The notes below the pieces were generated by a model that was not told where the DNA came from, made no database searches, and was given only the letters and a program-made list of their open reading frames with translations. This document shows positions 1-14,678 of a stretch of DNA of 64,000 bases, piece after piece (positions within the stretch are counted from its first letter, which is position 1; the number at the start of each line of letters is the position of its first letter). The position numbers were made by a program, and so were the translations under genes. Origin of the DNA: Eledone cirrhosa (lineage: Eukaryota); NCBI GenBank assembly GCA_964016885.1, contig OZ024743.1, forward strand, positions 24,056,001 to 24,120,000, given 5' to 3'.

Positions 1-294
1 TGATTAAATGTCAGAAATGATATTATTTTTTATTAGTTGTTCATGCAGTATTCATTTATTTCACATTATTATTGGTATTTATTGTCCTTCCTTTTCAAAT
101 GGTAGGATTAGGATAAGATTTAGCTGCTATTTCTAACATGTCCAGCAACCACATATCAGATGGTAGATGTAGTGGTATTAAAGATTGTAACAAAAAGTTA
201 CATTTCTTTCAAGCTCCTTGACATTCCTATAGTTTCTGAGACATTATGCTGACTATTGCATCGTATATATAACTGGAAATATAAATATATTTAC

Positions 295-412
295 CTCCTG
301 ATAACCAAGAAGTTTTCCTGTGGTTGGGTTTCGTTCAACTGTAATAGTTGTCTGCACCGGAGTGACATCCAATTCCAGTAAATTCTCTGGACATTTTTTC
401 CTAGGACAATAT
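295..412 (-). CDS. SKIV2L: Ski2-like RNA helicase, coding exon 3 (gene continues beyond left edge)
   Basis: ttttgcAG acceptor, GTAAAT donor; 118 nt, phase-compatible with exon 2; (K)YCPRKKCPENLLELDVTPVQTTITVERNPTTGKLLGYQE, cf. human QRHPTTGQILGYKE. Confidence 0.88.
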
Positions 413-1354
413 CTGCAAAACAGTTGAAAAAAGAAAAAGATGAAAAGAAAAAAAAATACTGTCATATTAACCCTTAAGTATTTAAACCGGCTGTAACCAA
501 CCAGAATTCTCTCATCTCTTTCTGTTCAAACTGGCTGTAACTGGCTGCTTATACTGATGCTAAGGTATTGTTCTCAAAATAAATAACATAAAAAAATCTC
601 ATAGATTTGATATTATGTGAGATATAGCCTTTACCACAAAAATACAATAGTATATATAGAGTAACATAAATGCTAAAGGGATAAACATTACAAGCAATCC
701 AAAGGAAAAGTTGTAGTTTAGACAAATGTAATTACCATGAGGAAAGAGAAGGCAAAGATTAATATGAGAAAGGGCACCATGATAAAATGCACCCTGCCTA
801 CTTTGTAAAGTGGTTGTGCTGGTTTCACAACGAAAAGCACCCAGCCCATACTATAAGGTGGCAGTGGTGGTGCCAAGATAAAAAGCACCAAATCCACAAT
901 ATAAGGTGGTACTGGCCTGAGACACAATAAAATGATTCCAGTACATGCTATAAATTGGCTGACATTAGGAAGCACATCCAGTCATAGAAACCAAATCAAA
1001 AAGGGAGCATACAAGCAGGATGTAGTCGCTTGACCTGTCTGACCTCAGTCAGTAACAGCCTGTCTAATCTATGCAATCATGGGAAATAGACATGAAACAG
1101 TGATGATAACTGATGATGTGTTGGATGACAATAAGACAAGAGGAAGTAATGGATGAGAGAGAGAGTGTGTGTGTGTATATGTGTAATAAAAATGGTTGGT
1201 GGCAGGGAGACATAATGAGAATATAATGAGTGGGAGAGACCCAAATGTAGATAAGATATATGTCAACCTCTATCACCACTATCATCACCATCATTTTTAC
1301 ACCTGTTTTACCATGCTTCACGGGTTGGCTGGAATACCTCCAGCACCACATTTC

Positions 1355-1434
1355 ACCATGTACTATACATGCACCTTTGATGAGTTGTAGTGCACCTGAG
1401 CACTGTACACAATAATTTCATTATTATTATTATT
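1355..1434 (+). mobile_element. 3' tail fragment of the CR1-type LINE family
   Basis: Near-identical to 29755-29832 (atgcacctttga.gagttgtagtgcacctgagca...cacaataatttcattatt); ends in (ATT)n. Confidence 0.75.
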
Positions 1435-2504
1435 ACCACTTGTCAGTTCTTTGTCATTTCCTTTATGTGATTCAACCTCTTGAGATTATCTTATGTCACT
1501 CTTTCCTGTGTCTTCCTTGATGTAACTCTTCTGCAGGTTTCATTCACTTGGAGTGTTCAGCCCTTCTTTATATAACCGACATCCTCCTTATGCATCACAT
1601 CCTCTATTATATTATATCCAGCCTTTCTCCCATTCATGTAACACTAACACATCTAGCAGAGTATGTTTACTTCTTTTCTTTACAAATCCTATGCATTCAA
1701 GCTCCATATCACACTATCATGTAGCATTGCACTTTGTACAAAAGCATCATGAGAGACAAACACTTTGTTTTTAGCTCTCTGAAATTTTTGTCTGTCTACA
1801 TTTATCTTACAGACATCAGGCATCAACCTGTAAAAGTTTAAGCTGAACTTTAGCCATGTCAACATTTCATCCTAGGTTAGTTAACAATTCAAATGATGAT
1901 AATAATTTCTAACATAACCGCAAGGATTGAAGTCGTTTATTTGGTGAGTGTTTGGGGATAGCTGCATATATCAACCCCAATACTTCATTGGTACTTATTT
2001 TACTGAGCCCTTAAGGATGAAAAGTAAACTTGACTGTGGCAGAATTTGAACTTGGAATGTAAAGAGACATAACTAAATACTATAAGTCATTTTGTCAGCT
2101 GCTGTTTATTCTGCCAAGTACAAAATTACAGTCAATAACAATCAATTGCAGCATTTGACTGGTTTGGTACTTAGTTTATCGACCTTGGAAAAGGATGAAA
2201 GTTAAGCTTGATGGGACTTGAACTGAGAACCTAACTCTATCCTATAATCCAGCAATAAAAGCAAATTTTATCATCAACTGAAACAAGCTGATAAACAAGA
2301 AGAAGGCTGACCGAGGACTAAACAACAGCAATAATACTAATAACTGTTTCTGAAATTTGTGACACAAGAGAGAAATGTCCTTATACAGAAATATATGTAA
2401 TATTTACCAGTGAAGTTTCATTTCAACTGCAACCACATACACATATACATCAATATATATTCAACAGTTAATAGAAAGAATATAAGAAGAAGATGAAAAC
2501 TCAC

Positions 2505-2611
2505 TTTTGGTGCTTCTTGAAATCATGAATGGGAAGATTTTCTGGATGTTCCACATATTTTTCAAGATCTCTCTTCCAAGATGGTAAAATTTTTGGAAGG
2601 CCAAAGGGTAG
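2505..2611 (-). CDS. SKIV2L: Ski2-like RNA helicase, coding exon 2
   Basis: ccttctAG acceptor, GTGAGT donor; 107 nt, LPFGLPKILPSWKRDLEKYVEHPENLPIHDFKKHQ+AA (phase 2). Matches the LPxGLP...LPxH pattern of SKIV2L. Confidence 0.85.
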
Positions 2612-4874
2612 CTAGAAGGTAAAAATAACAAAAATTATAGCAGTCATTTTTTAATTGTTTCTATTTTGATCCAAGAAAGGATAATAAACTGCAAATGTAT
2701 TCATTATTTTAGTTAAATTTGATTAGAGAAATTATGAAACCAGCAAAATAATACTCTACATTTTTTGGCAATTGGGATTTATATCAATTTATTTTTTTGT
2801 TTTTGTCAATATGATTTAGTATCAAGTGAATGAAGATATCTAATGGTTGTAAACTTTAATCAGAATGCATCACTTCAATTTACAAAATACAAGGATTTTG
2901 TGATGCCTTTGCATTGGAAACCATTTCCATTTCTGGAAGTGGTTAGTTGCAGAACAGATATGGTTAAATGAATTTATGTTGACTGAAGAGGGCTGAGAGA
3001 TTAAAAAAAATTGAAACCAATGTAATTTGAACTATAAATGTAGGGTTATAAAACTGAATACTGAGAAACTTAACTAGCCATATTCAAGTAATATAATTAT
3101 TTCTAACAGAGCCAGAAATTTGGAGGAAGGGGAAAGCCAATTATATCAAATCCAGTACTTAACTGGTATTTTATTTTATCAACTCTGAAAGGATGAAACA
3201 CAAAGTTAGCCTTGGGTTTCAAATTTTGTTGAGAAAAAATGACCAATTTATACCAATACCAGAACATGACTAGTATTTTATTTTAGTAATTCTGGAAGAA
3301 TGGAAGGTAAAAGTGACCTCTGAGGGAGTTTAACTCAGAACATATAGAACGATAACTAAATACCACAATGTATTTAATCAATCACTCTCCTGCTTCTTCC
3401 ACTCACCATCCTCAGCTATAATAATGATTTCTTTATTACTAGTATTTATTTATATATTTATTTTTTGTAGCAAGACAATCAACTCAAGTATTCACTTAAT
3501 CCAAGTTTCCAGTTAGCTATTTTCAGTCCATTCATGCTGGAATAAACCTCAGCTGTGACCATTCTGTTTTTCTAAAGGTATGTTTACTCAGATGCTTCAG
3601 TGATTCTGCCATCCACCACACGTCAAGAAGGACAGGTCATTGATGGAAGCATCTATGTAATCATTTCTCTGTTAGAAATAATAGCCAAATCACTCAAATT
3701 ACACCCCACTATCTTTAGTCAAACTAGTAAAAAGACGTAATGGTCATGGTTGGAATGTCTTTGATCATAGGTCTTTCCATCAAGGTTAATCTGGATTTAA
3801 ACAACAATAATAACATAAGGAAATATACATATGGTGTTTTCGAGGATACACAGCACCTAAGAATAAAATATGATGATCATGACTGAAACTCCTTCGATCA
3901 TAGATCTGCTCAATGAAGGCTGACCTAGGACTAAACAACAATAATGCTAATAACTTTCTGAATTTGATGGGAGGGGTTAGTCTAGTAGGCCCTGAAATCT
4001 CTATATAAATGCCCTAGTATTTGTGCTTGGATAACTGGTGCTAAGTTGAAACCTATGGTCATGAATGTTGGATAATGACCGAAAAATATGATCGTGAATA
4101 CAAGCAACCATAATGGAGTTCCTCTGAAACGACTTTGGAGTCATGTTACTCGATAGAGTGCATAGCTTGGAGGTCAGGGAGTCGCTCCGGGTAGAGTTGA
4201 TACTAATCTAAATGGAGAGATCAAACCTGCGAGACTACGGATATGTGGTGAAACTCTCAGGAAAGAATTGCTGGATAAATTTTAGGGGTAAAAATCAACC
4301 AGCAGGAGTAGTCACCGAGAAAGATGGTTGGATAATATCTATGAGCTCATCTGGTCTCATTTGAGCATCCAGCCAGGTCAATTGGAGATGGTTGCTTCTG
4401 ACAGGACTCGCTAGGTGTGCTTCAAGGTTCTGCTCCTACGACCCTCCCAGGAATATATGTAAAAAAATAAGGAGATGAAGAAGTGTTAGTCTATTAAATC
4501 GACGCTAGTACTAGGCTGGTACTATATTTTATCGCCCTCGGAAGAATAAAAGCCGGAGTTGACCTCGACGGAATTTATACTAAGAATGTAAGGGCTGTAA
4601 CAAATACCACAAGGTATTTTGTCCGACGCTCAAAGGATTCTGCCCATCCACAATAATTGTTTCTACGTTAGGCACAAGGCCAGCAATTACCCAGTGTATT
4701 ACTGGTACTTTATTTTATCGACCCCGTAAGGATGAAAGGCAAAGTTAACCTCGGCGGGCTACAAAATCCTAAGACGTTGAGAATAATGCGAAGTTCGAAG
4801 ACGAAAACCCCAGCAGTCAAGAATTATCAAGTAAAAGGGAGAAATCAAAAGCAATAATAATTATAATTACTTAC

Positions 4875-4988
4875 AGTTTTCAAGGGTAGTGGCACCCTAT
4901 TTAGATTTCGCTTTTGTTCGGGAATAACTTCCACACGACCACAAGTACCGGTCTCAAGAAGATCGAACATCCTTTCTGGACACGTCAT
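4875..4988 (-). CDS. SKIV2L: Ski2-like RNA helicase, first coding exon
   Basis: ATG at 4988-4986; 38 codons MTCPERMFDLLETGTCGRVEVIPEQKRNLNRVPLPLKT, then a GTAAGT donor (phase 0). Resembles the recalled human SKIV2L N-terminus (VELGCTGHWEL). A ttacAG acceptor ending at 5015 suggests an upstream non-coding exon. Confidence 0.8.
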
Positions 4989-5080
4989 TACGATCTAGTC
5001 AATCTTTCGCAAATCTGTAAATTGGAAGAATATATCATTGGTTAAATAACTTTCCAGCTTTCCTTAGTTGACTGGGTCGG

Positions 5081-5111
<31 letters not shown>

Positions 5112-5789
5112 TCCTGTGTTCAACTAATAGATGAATTCGTTCTGCAGATCTTTAAACAATGGCGAATCGAGGAGGAGGTTGAAGCTGTTCGATGAAGGAT
5201 TATATTTAGAAACTTGTCGACATTTAGACTAAATAAGGAAAGAAAAGATTTCACAAGTAGTATGGTATATCTAATAGACTTTTCATATATTAAAACAAGG
5301 CACGGCAGAGACGGCAGTGCAACTAGAAATATAAACAAAAAGGTGTCATTTTGAAGTTATGTGTGTTTGTGAGGACATGCCTGAGCATATGTATATATGT
5401 GTGTGCGTGTATGTATATGTTTGTGGGTGGGTGTTGTGCAAAGCAAAGAAATATTGCAAGATGGTTCTCGAAACGAACTTTCAGTTTCAACATAAACTGC
5501 TGACTTGGATTAAATTACGTGACAAGGAAATTTAACAATCAAGAAAAGAAGATTTCAATTACCGAGGACAGCATTTGCCAAATAACAACAAAAAGAATTC
5601 TAGAAATCTAGCTGTCGTCTAGATAAATGTATCAGTAGATGATTATCAAAGAACGTAATTGCAATACATTAGACAGAGGCGATAGCATCGCCGGTTGACA
5701 ACAATCACTTTTTCCGGTGAAGTAGTTACTTCCCTTTAATTTTGACACCGGTTACTAATTATTTCCCTTTAATACCATTTTACAAAACT

Positions 5790-7025
5790 AACGATCTAAA
5801 TACGAATGGAGCGGGCTTATTAGACTTCTCTTCTAGCAATGGACTCTCTATTATGAGCGCCTTCTTCCAACACAGACACATCCATAAGAGGAATCAAGGA
5901 TAGAGATCAAGAATTGATTTTGTTATTGATCTCTTCGATTCGGTGCTGGATGTTCGTGTTAAGAGAGGAGCTGAGCTGTCAAATGATCACCATCTAGTTA
6001 TCTGGAACATGATACTACCTAAAACCAAAGACGCCCACAAAACTGGCGAGTCCAGGTCACCTGTAGGATAAAATAGGAAGCGTTGGTGGATAGGGAAGTC
6101 AAGGCCAAGTATGCAGATACTATTGCATCCAAATTCAGAGAACTCCGTGTGCAAACAGAGTACATTGAGACAGTGGAGATTGTTCAGGACAGCAGTTAAA
6201 TGCTTCAGATGTTAAATGTTGCGTGCGAAAGAAGCTTGGTGTGACGCCGCATGGCAGGAGGACTCCTTGGTTCAATCAAGAGATCAACGATGCCATCCGA
6301 GCAAAAAAAGAGGCCTACAAAGCTTGGCTTGGAAATAAGTCCCCCTTCTTGCACTTGCGGTACTGGCAGGCACGAAGACACAACAGAGACAGTAAATGCG
6401 GGAGGACTTTGGGGTTAAGCTGGAATCCAAATTCCGATCAGCAAATAAAGTGTTTTGGCAAACCATCTGCCGACTTTATAAGAAGTCCTACTCCACGCAT
6501 GCTATCAGGAACGTACCTGGGGTTCTTCTCTCTTTAGAGAGGTGCATCTTCGTGAGGTGGCGAAAACACTTTGTTGATCTCCTAAATCTGATCATAGCGA
6601 CATCTTCTGATGTACACAACTGCATCGGGGAGCGATGACTAATCTCTCGGTGACTGAGGTCACAAGAGCAATTAAAGAGCGCAAATGTGGCAAGGCCGCT
6701 GGGAAGATGAAGTTCCGCTCGAGATGTTAAAAGCTTTAAATGTGAAGGTATTCTCTGGATGACTCGTATATGTCGCGTGGCCTGAATCTTTGGAAAGGCG
6801 ACTAAGCAATGTCAATCGGGAGTGACAATCACAATTTTCAAAAAGGGTGACGAGAGGGATTGCTTGAATTATAAAGTGATATCCTTGTTAAGCCCTCAGG
6901 TAAATCTATGCTAAGTGTCTGGCAAAGAGATGTAGGGAGAGTGTTGGGTCCAAATTAACGAATGAACAGTGTGCTTTTTCCTCTGGGCGCGGCACAGCCG
7001 ACTAAATATTCACTCTGCGATAGGC
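5790..7025 (+). mobile_element. degenerate RTE-type LINE fragment (end of APE, linker, start of RT)
   Basis: Broken frames read RSRIDFV...VRVKRGAELSNDHHLV, TPWFNQEI..AIRAKKEAYKAWL, RWRKHFVDLLN, IFKKGD.RDC.NY..ISLLS; many stops and frameshifts. Confidence 0.7.
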
Positions 7026-7472
7026 ATAGACGAATGTGAAATTATTTTTACCTTTCAGTAGAAGCAGGTGATCACCAAACCCTTTTATTACGATAGTAAT
7101 CTTACGTTCTGGATGTAAATTGATGGTGAAATCGACACCTGCCCTTCAATGCTCCTCACTATTCCGATCACTCCAGGTGTGTCCTCAACAAGGTTGCATT
7201 AGTTGGACCATTTCTGGAAGGCCTGTCACGCTTAGAGCGTCTATGTTCATCATGTTGTGAGTCAGTTCTCTTGCAGCCTATGCAATTGTTTCTAGTCTGT
7301 GTGTATTGATGTTGTGAGAAACAGACTGTGGGGGACCTATCCCAGCTCTATGGTTGCGGAGGCAAGTAGACCGATCCCCAAAAAGCAATGCTTGGGCATT
7401 CAAACTGTTACTGGATTCTTTTGCTACCTCGGTCCCTCAGAGAACTGCTTTAAGGCCTAAGCTGTCTATATT

Positions 7473-9012
7473 AATAATAATAATAATAATGAAATTATTG
7501 TGTAAAGTGCTCAGGTGCACTACAACTCGTCAATATAGTACATAGAATAATACACAAATGCCAGGGAAGTACATGTTTGTATGTGTTAGCTGTAGTGTTG
7601 GCGGATCTCGGGAAGCATGGAGGCCTTAAAGGATGCAGTGTCTCGACAGCTAACAACTGATGCAGGTAGTTTGTTCCATGCTTCAGCAACTCTGAGCGTG
7701 AAAAAATGTTTCCGAAAGTCATGGGAACTGTGCTGTTTTCTTACTTTGTGGGCATGTCCACGTGTGTTAGACACATGGAAATCGAAAAGGCACTCAGGGT
7801 TGTTGTTGGCAACATGGTTAGCAATTTTGTGGGTGTTTACCAAGTCAGTTGCCAGGCGTCGGAGCTTCAATGAATCCATGCCCAGGGAAGCAAGGCGCTC
7901 AGAGTATGGTAGATGCCTGATGGAGGGTATTCGCTTGGTTGCACGTCTCTGAACAGTTTACAGGCGGTCAATGTCCTGAGCAAGATAGGGGTTCCAGACT
8001 GGTGATGCAAATTCTAAGTGTGGTCGCACCATAGCTGTATACAGCCTTAAATAGATATCTGGAGAGCGGCTGACAAAGGTCTTGCTGAGTGATGCTAAGA
8101 CACCCTCGGCCCTCTTGACAATTTTAGAGACGTGCCTCGTCCAACGCAAATCGCTGCTGACCGTAATGCCCAGGTCACGTTCACAGGAAGACTTCTTGAT
8201 ATTAGTGCTGTGGAGGGAGTATGTGGACGCTGGGTTTTTACTCCCAAAATGCATGGTGGTGCACTTGTCCACAGCTAGCTTGAGTTGCCAGTCTGAGATC
8301 CACTGTTGCATTGTGTCCAGGTCAGACTGCAAGCAAGATCTATAGTGTTCAGGATCTGTCCTTTTTATCTCAAGGTACAGCTTGATGTCGTCTGCGTACT
8401 TTAGTACTGTGGCATTCCTTAAGTTGGCATCTATGTCATTAATATATGCCACAAACAAAAGGGGGCCAAGAACAGATCCCTGAGGTACACCAGATGACAT
8501 CTCATATGGTGAGGAATGCTGTCCCAGAACCGTGACTACCTCTCTTCGACTGAGAATGAAGGACTTCAACCAGTTAAAAAGATCATCCTTCACACCCATT
8601 GCAGAGAGTTTTGCCATAAGCCTTTTGTGTGACACAGAATTGAAGGCCTTCGCAAAGTCAAGGTAAACAACATCCACCCATGAGCCGCCATCAGTGATCC
8701 GGGTGATGTCCTCAAGAAACTCTATAAGTTGATCACAGCAGCTGGAGTTGGGGATAAATCCAAATTGCGAGGGCCGGATAAGACTGTGAGAGCTCCAGAA
8801 GTTCCAAAGTGTTTCTCTGACACAGGATTCCATCAGTTTGGCGATGCAACTAGTAAGACTGACTGGACGATAGTTCACAGGTGATGTGCGGTCACCCTTT
8901 TTGAACAGAGGAATGACACTGGCAGTTTTCCACTGTTCTGGAGTAGCACTGTTGTTCAGACAGAATTGGAAGAAGCGTGATAACTGGTGTAGAAGGTTTG
9001 CAATAGCAGCTT
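7473..9012 (-). mobile_element. 5'-truncated CR1/L2-group LINE (RT domain to 3' UTR)
   Basis: ORF 7958-8878 has NYRPVSLTS, YLDFAKAF, GVPQGSVLGPLLF, YADD, VRPHLEF; C-terminal FRKHFFTLRVAEAWNKLP; (ATT)n tail at about 7473-7490. Confidence 0.92.
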
Positions 9013-9482
9013 GGGCACATTTTCATTTACTAGTTCATTGCCCCCATCACCACAAGGTTTATTTTCCAAAGTCTTGACATTCGCTAAACATGGATTATAT
9101 TAAGAGAGAGTTGCACCGGATGATTAGTCTAATTCTCTCGTTCCCGATTTGCTAGTTTAGTGGCAAGGCGACTGGGTTTATATCATGGATGCAATGGGAT
9201 TATCTGGGTGATTTATGTGTACCCCATGCTCTCAGGTATGCATCCCTTCTGTCGTTTGAAACTTGACCATTAATCATGGATTTTCCTCAGCAAGCATATT
9301 TCGCTGTTGATTCTTCTGGGTTCATCCACCCACTGCAGTGTGATCTTACTAAGAAAGCTTAATGGGGGTTAACGATTTAGTTGCCAATGACCTAACCATG
9401 CAACAAATTGTATTGGATTATATGTACCAGAACAGAAGCGCTCCTGAGCGACTTTTATCTCCCCCCATTCTCTCTTATCTCC

Positions 9483-9554
<72 letters not shown>

Positions 9555-9720
9555 ATATTTATATTTATATATGTTTGATATAACTATAAATATGTAGGGT
9601 AGTACTAAGTACTAGCCGGTTACCGGTATGACAAAAGGCTCAATGCAAATTTTCAAGTGTTTTACAGAGCCGAGATATTAAGTGTTAAAACGATCACATT
9701 TTAGTTTAGAACATTTATTA

Positions 9721-9765
9721 GCTGACAATTGTTTCTTCCAGAGGGATGTCTAGAATCATCGGAGC
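9721..9765 (-). ncRNA. type I hammerhead motif, CCGAUGA core variant
   Basis: Minus strand: GCU-CCGAUGA-UUCUAGA(CAUCCC)UCUGGAA-GAAA-CAAUUG-UC-AGC. 7-bp stem II, palindromic helix III ACAAUUGU, GUC site. Confidence 0.6.
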
Positions 9766-10293
9766 ATAAGGAATGTCGAAAACGTGTAACTAGAATCCTA
9801 GTCATTTAGAACATTTAAGGTACATAGTTGTTATTAGTGTCAAAGCATCATGTGGAGATTCAGGAGTTAGACAGATTTTCTGCTTGAAATAACACAATTA
9901 CAGGCAGCACTGGTTGGAAGTGTAATAGGTATAAGTAAAAGCAAAAAGCACAAGCAAAAAAATGACAAGAAAAAAAGACAGGGAAATAAGTTATAAGCAA
10001 AGACAATTGGTGTACAATGTAGGAGTCAATACATGTATGAGGAAAGAGTTATAATGCAGTTGAAACTTATAAAATTAAGTAACCTAACGGTTTACCAACA
10101 GCTTAATAAAGGTTAATACAAACCTTAGAAAAGATAATTTACAAATAAAAAATGCATAAGATAATATACCTACAATAACAACATGGCCAGTAATTCGGAG
10201 GAATTTACATTTAACAAATTAGGCTGCTCAGCCGATAATATGCATAAGGAAAGTATATACTTTCAAACGTTCAATAGACTGACAGGAAGGTAT

Positions 10294-10336
10294 ACGGTGC
10301 TGATGACAGCTAATAAGCTAGAAAATAGTTCATCGT
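10294..10336 (+). ncRNA. minimal type I hammerhead motif (partly degenerate copy)
   Basis: ACGGUG-CUGAUGA-C-AGCU(AAUA)AGCU-A-GAAA-AUAG-UU-CAUCGU. Stem I 6 bp with one G.U; helix III palindrome broken by one substitution. Confidence 0.6.
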
Positions 10337-10572
10337 TCCATTGTCAGTGTTGAACAAAAGGGCAACGATGGTTGCCGAACACTGTACGGCTTAATTCGGG
10401 CTGTTTGTTTACAAACAAACTGAACATTATAATAAATGTTCGGTAAACCCATACGTACATATATGTATGTGTGCATGTATGTATGTATATACATACTACT
10501 GTACGTCTGTATACATACTTACATTTAAGTATCAGCCGTACTAAGAGTGAGAAATGAAATTTCATTTTTTCC

Positions 10573-10654
<82 letters not shown>

Positions 10655-10930
10655 GGAATAGAATGAAATGAAATTTCATTTCTCACTCTTAGTACGGCAC
10701 TTACTTAAATGTAAGTATGTATGTATGTATACGTACATACATATATGTATACACACGTACAGTAGTATGTATATATATACATACATGCACACATATATAT
10801 GCGCGTATCGGTTTACTGAACATTTATTATAATGTTCGGTTTGTTTGTTTGTAAACAAACAAACAGCCCGAACTACGCCGTACAGTGTTTAGGCAACCAC
10901 GTCACCTTTTTGTTCAACACTGACACAGGA

Positions 10931-10973
10931 ACGATGTACTAGTTTCAAGCTTATTAGCTATCGTCAGCATCGT
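10931..10973 (-). ncRNA. minimal type I hammerhead ribozyme
   Basis: Minus strand: ACGAUG-CUGACGA-U-AGCU(AAUA)AGCU-U-GAAA-CUAG-UA-CAUCGU. 6-bp stem I, palindromic helix III ACUAGU, GUA site. Confidence 0.8.
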
Positions 10974-11129
10974 ATACCTTCTTGCCAGATGGTTGAACGT
11001 CTGAAAGTATATACTTTCCTTATGCATACTAACGGCTGAGCAGCCTAATTTACATATCGAGTGAGTTCAGTCGGCCGGGCACACCGAAAACGATAAATGG
11101 AATAGAATGAAACGAAATTTCATTTCTCA

Positions 11130-11750
<621 letters not shown>

Positions 11751-12286
11751 CGAAGGAGTTGTTGTAAGGAACCAGATAAACCATAACGCACCAGAGTACT
11801 CAATACTTAGAGTAGTAGAGTGTGTAATATTCAAGGAAACAACAAACAGAGGTACAAAAAGTCTTATTAGTTACACGCTTTATATGGAAAAGAGGAATGG
11901 AGGAATGGATAGAAAATAAATAAATAAAAAATTAACTGTTTTCCAGCAAATATCCAGTGCATTACTGGTACTTTATTTTATCGACCCCGTAAGGATGAAA
12001 GGCAAAGTTAACCTTGGCGGGATTTGAACTCAGAATGGCAAGGACCGTAACTCTATACGTCAAAGCTTGGCGTTCGACCCTCTAAAAAATTAACATGAAA
12101 AAAGCAAAAAGAAAATTGAAAGTAATAGAGATATCTAGGGGAGACAACTCCAGTGTGATTAGTTGTGTTACTATGGCTACGCGTTTGTTTGGTTAAAATA
12201 CTTCAAACCTGTTATGAATTTTATTTTCACATAACACGGTGTTCCATCTACTTTAAACATATACATTGCGTAATATATTGAGAACA

Positions 12287-12388
12287 ATGGAGTCGAATAA
12301 AAAGGAAACAGCGCCTTGGCATTTAACGGCCACTGGCGAAATTGGAGTGAAGAGAGAGCCTATGTTGTCAAATGAATTATTACTGAGA
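12287..12388 (+). CDS. CFAP77: cilia- and flagella-associated protein 77, exon 1
   Basis: ATG 12287; MESNKKETAPWHLTATGEIGVKREPMLSNELLLR, then GTATGT donor (phase 0); cf. human RLGVVRDSMFQNPLIVK. Confidence 0.8.
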
Positions 12389-13909
12389 GTATGTGGAAGA
12401 TTTTTTTAAATTTATTAATTTGTTGTTGTTTAACTCTAGGTTATGCCTATGATGAAAAGCATTCCATCCACGACCATCTTATTTTTTCCAGACATCTAAT
12501 ACTGCATCATCCAAAGTACCCTTTCATTTTAGAGATAGAATTTGAGCGAGATTTCTAGCAAGTCAAATGGTTACATACAGGTTCACTGTTGTTTTTATGA
12601 GAATGTTCTTCTTCATGTACTAATATATGACCATCCTGAAAACATATGTCGTTGCTATTATTGATGTTGTTTAGCCCTAGGCCATTCCTGAATAAGCAGA
12701 TCTAAAGACAAACGGCATTGATGCCATGACCATTCCATCTTACTTTTGAGTCATAATTTATCTAGGACTACAACTACATTATAGAACGCCTCATCCTCTT
12801 TTTAAAAGACGGTAGTATGTGATTTGAGGGAGATTTGACAGCTATTTCTAACAGGTGGTGTGACCACGAGATTAAAAAATTGAATGTGTTATTCATCGAG
12901 TATTGTAAACTTAAAGAAGTATTAGTGATTAATATATATTTTAAAAATTAAATTTGTAAATTTTACGTTATATCTTTTTGACTCATTTTATGTTCTAAGT
13001 CAGTCTGACCTAAGCTATTTAAGGCCCGTTAGGCCGGTGTTTATCCTGAATTCATGGCGTGAAGCGACTGAAAGTACAAGACTTCCCCCTGGACAGGACG
13101 CCAGTCCATTGCAGTGTTAAATCCCCCATCTATAACTGGCATTCATTTTCAGCTGAGTCTACTGGAGCAACACGAAATGAAGTGTTTTGCTCAAGAACAC
13201 AACACGCAACGCAGCCCAGGAATCGAACCCACGACATTATGATCGTAAGTCCAACACTTGGCCACGCGCCTCCACCGTTTTATATTGAGCAAAATGTTTA
13301 GAATCATTGCCGCAGAGGTTCAATCTTTTCATGCAATGCGGCTGTTCGATCTAGTAGTAGCAAATCACTATGCCAACATACACACACAATGTATACGACT
13401 ACAATGTTGAGGCGATTTTTCTTTTAACCCACAGTAGCACGTTTGCCCTGAGAGATTTCACCATAGAGGAACTTCTCCTCCTCCTCCTCCTCCTCCTCCT
13501 CCCCCTCACCCCCCTCATTATTATTATTATTTGTGTGTGCGTGTGTAAATGTATGTATGTATGTAATATAAGGGGCCGAGAGAACCCTTCTGTCATGCCA
13601 GAGTATGGCATCCTTTCTAGTGTAAAGTGGTTGGTGATAGGAAGGGTATGAAGCTGTAGATAGCTTGCCAAACAAAGGATTGAGAGGATCCTTTAGTTGT
13701 GTCAAAAACATGACAATCATTCCTGTGCACTTGGTATAACGTGAGACCATATGTAAGTGAGATGCAGATCCCTAACCTGTCTGGGAGATCAGTATCCCCG
13801 CTTCAGTACTGACTTGGTTTATATAGACCCATCCAACCCTTGCTATAACAGAGAAAGCGGACGTTAAAACGATGATGATGATGATGATGGCGTCACAGTC
13901 GGGATTTTA

Positions 13910-13959
<50 letters not shown>

Positions 13960-14537
13960 AAATATATATGTATATATATATATAAAATATATCTATATAT
14001 ATAAAGTTGTAGTTCCCGTCTGTTTGTTTGTTTGCTCCTATCATTTTAGAGATATATCCCCATAACCATATATATTCTGAAACTACATTGCCCAGGGTAC
14101 TTGGATAAGTATATTTCATTTTAATCAAATGGTTCCCCGGGGGCACAAACCCCCGCTGAAAATTTTTTCCCCTCGATTTATATGAAATTTAAACCATAGG
14201 TAAATGACAAGATATGATGCCTATTCACAATAGTTTTGAATTGATATTTTGAAAAACATTATTTACAAGAAACAAAATAAGAATAAGATTTAATAATGTA
14301 ATTTTGATTTGATATATTACAAAAAATACTGTTTTTCAATTTTTCATGCATTACATTTTACATTGAGTAATATTGAAATGCAGAGTTTTTCTCCATAAAT
14401 TATACTACTGATTTAAAATCAATCATCATTTTCTTACAAAAAAAAAAATGTGTGAAATGCAGTAAGGTGCGGGTAATTTGGCTAGTATAAATATAAAAGC
14501 CCATACAGTGATTCTTTGCTTAAACTTTAATCTGTTC

Positions 14538-14575
<38 letters not shown>

Positions 14576-14635
14576 AAAACAAGATGGCGTAGGACAGAAC
14601 AAAGGTGAGGCACAAAACAAAGAAAAGAATCCCCA

Positions 14636-14678
14636 GTCACTGAAGAGGTCACAGAATGTGTGACGAAAGAACTTTGAC
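14636..14678 (+). ncRNA. minimal type I hammerhead motif in CFAP77 intron 1
   Basis: GUCA-CUGAAGA-G-GUCACA(GAAUG)UGUGAC-GAAA-GAAC-UU-UGAC; lies in a module of about 260 bp (14570-14832) bounded by (TA)n. Confidence 0.72.

Larger units (their letters stand above)
10215..11133. mobile_element. two diverged PLE-like terminal modules in opposite orientation around a (TA)n tract
   Basis: About 10215-10577 is the reverse complement of about 10651-11051, with substitutions and indels. 11095-11133 directly repeats 10651-10688. Each copy carries an HHR motif. Confidence 0.65.

Noticed and set aside
2978-3030. CUGAAGA...GAAAC...GUA
   Set aside because: No stem I or stem II pairing; chance match.
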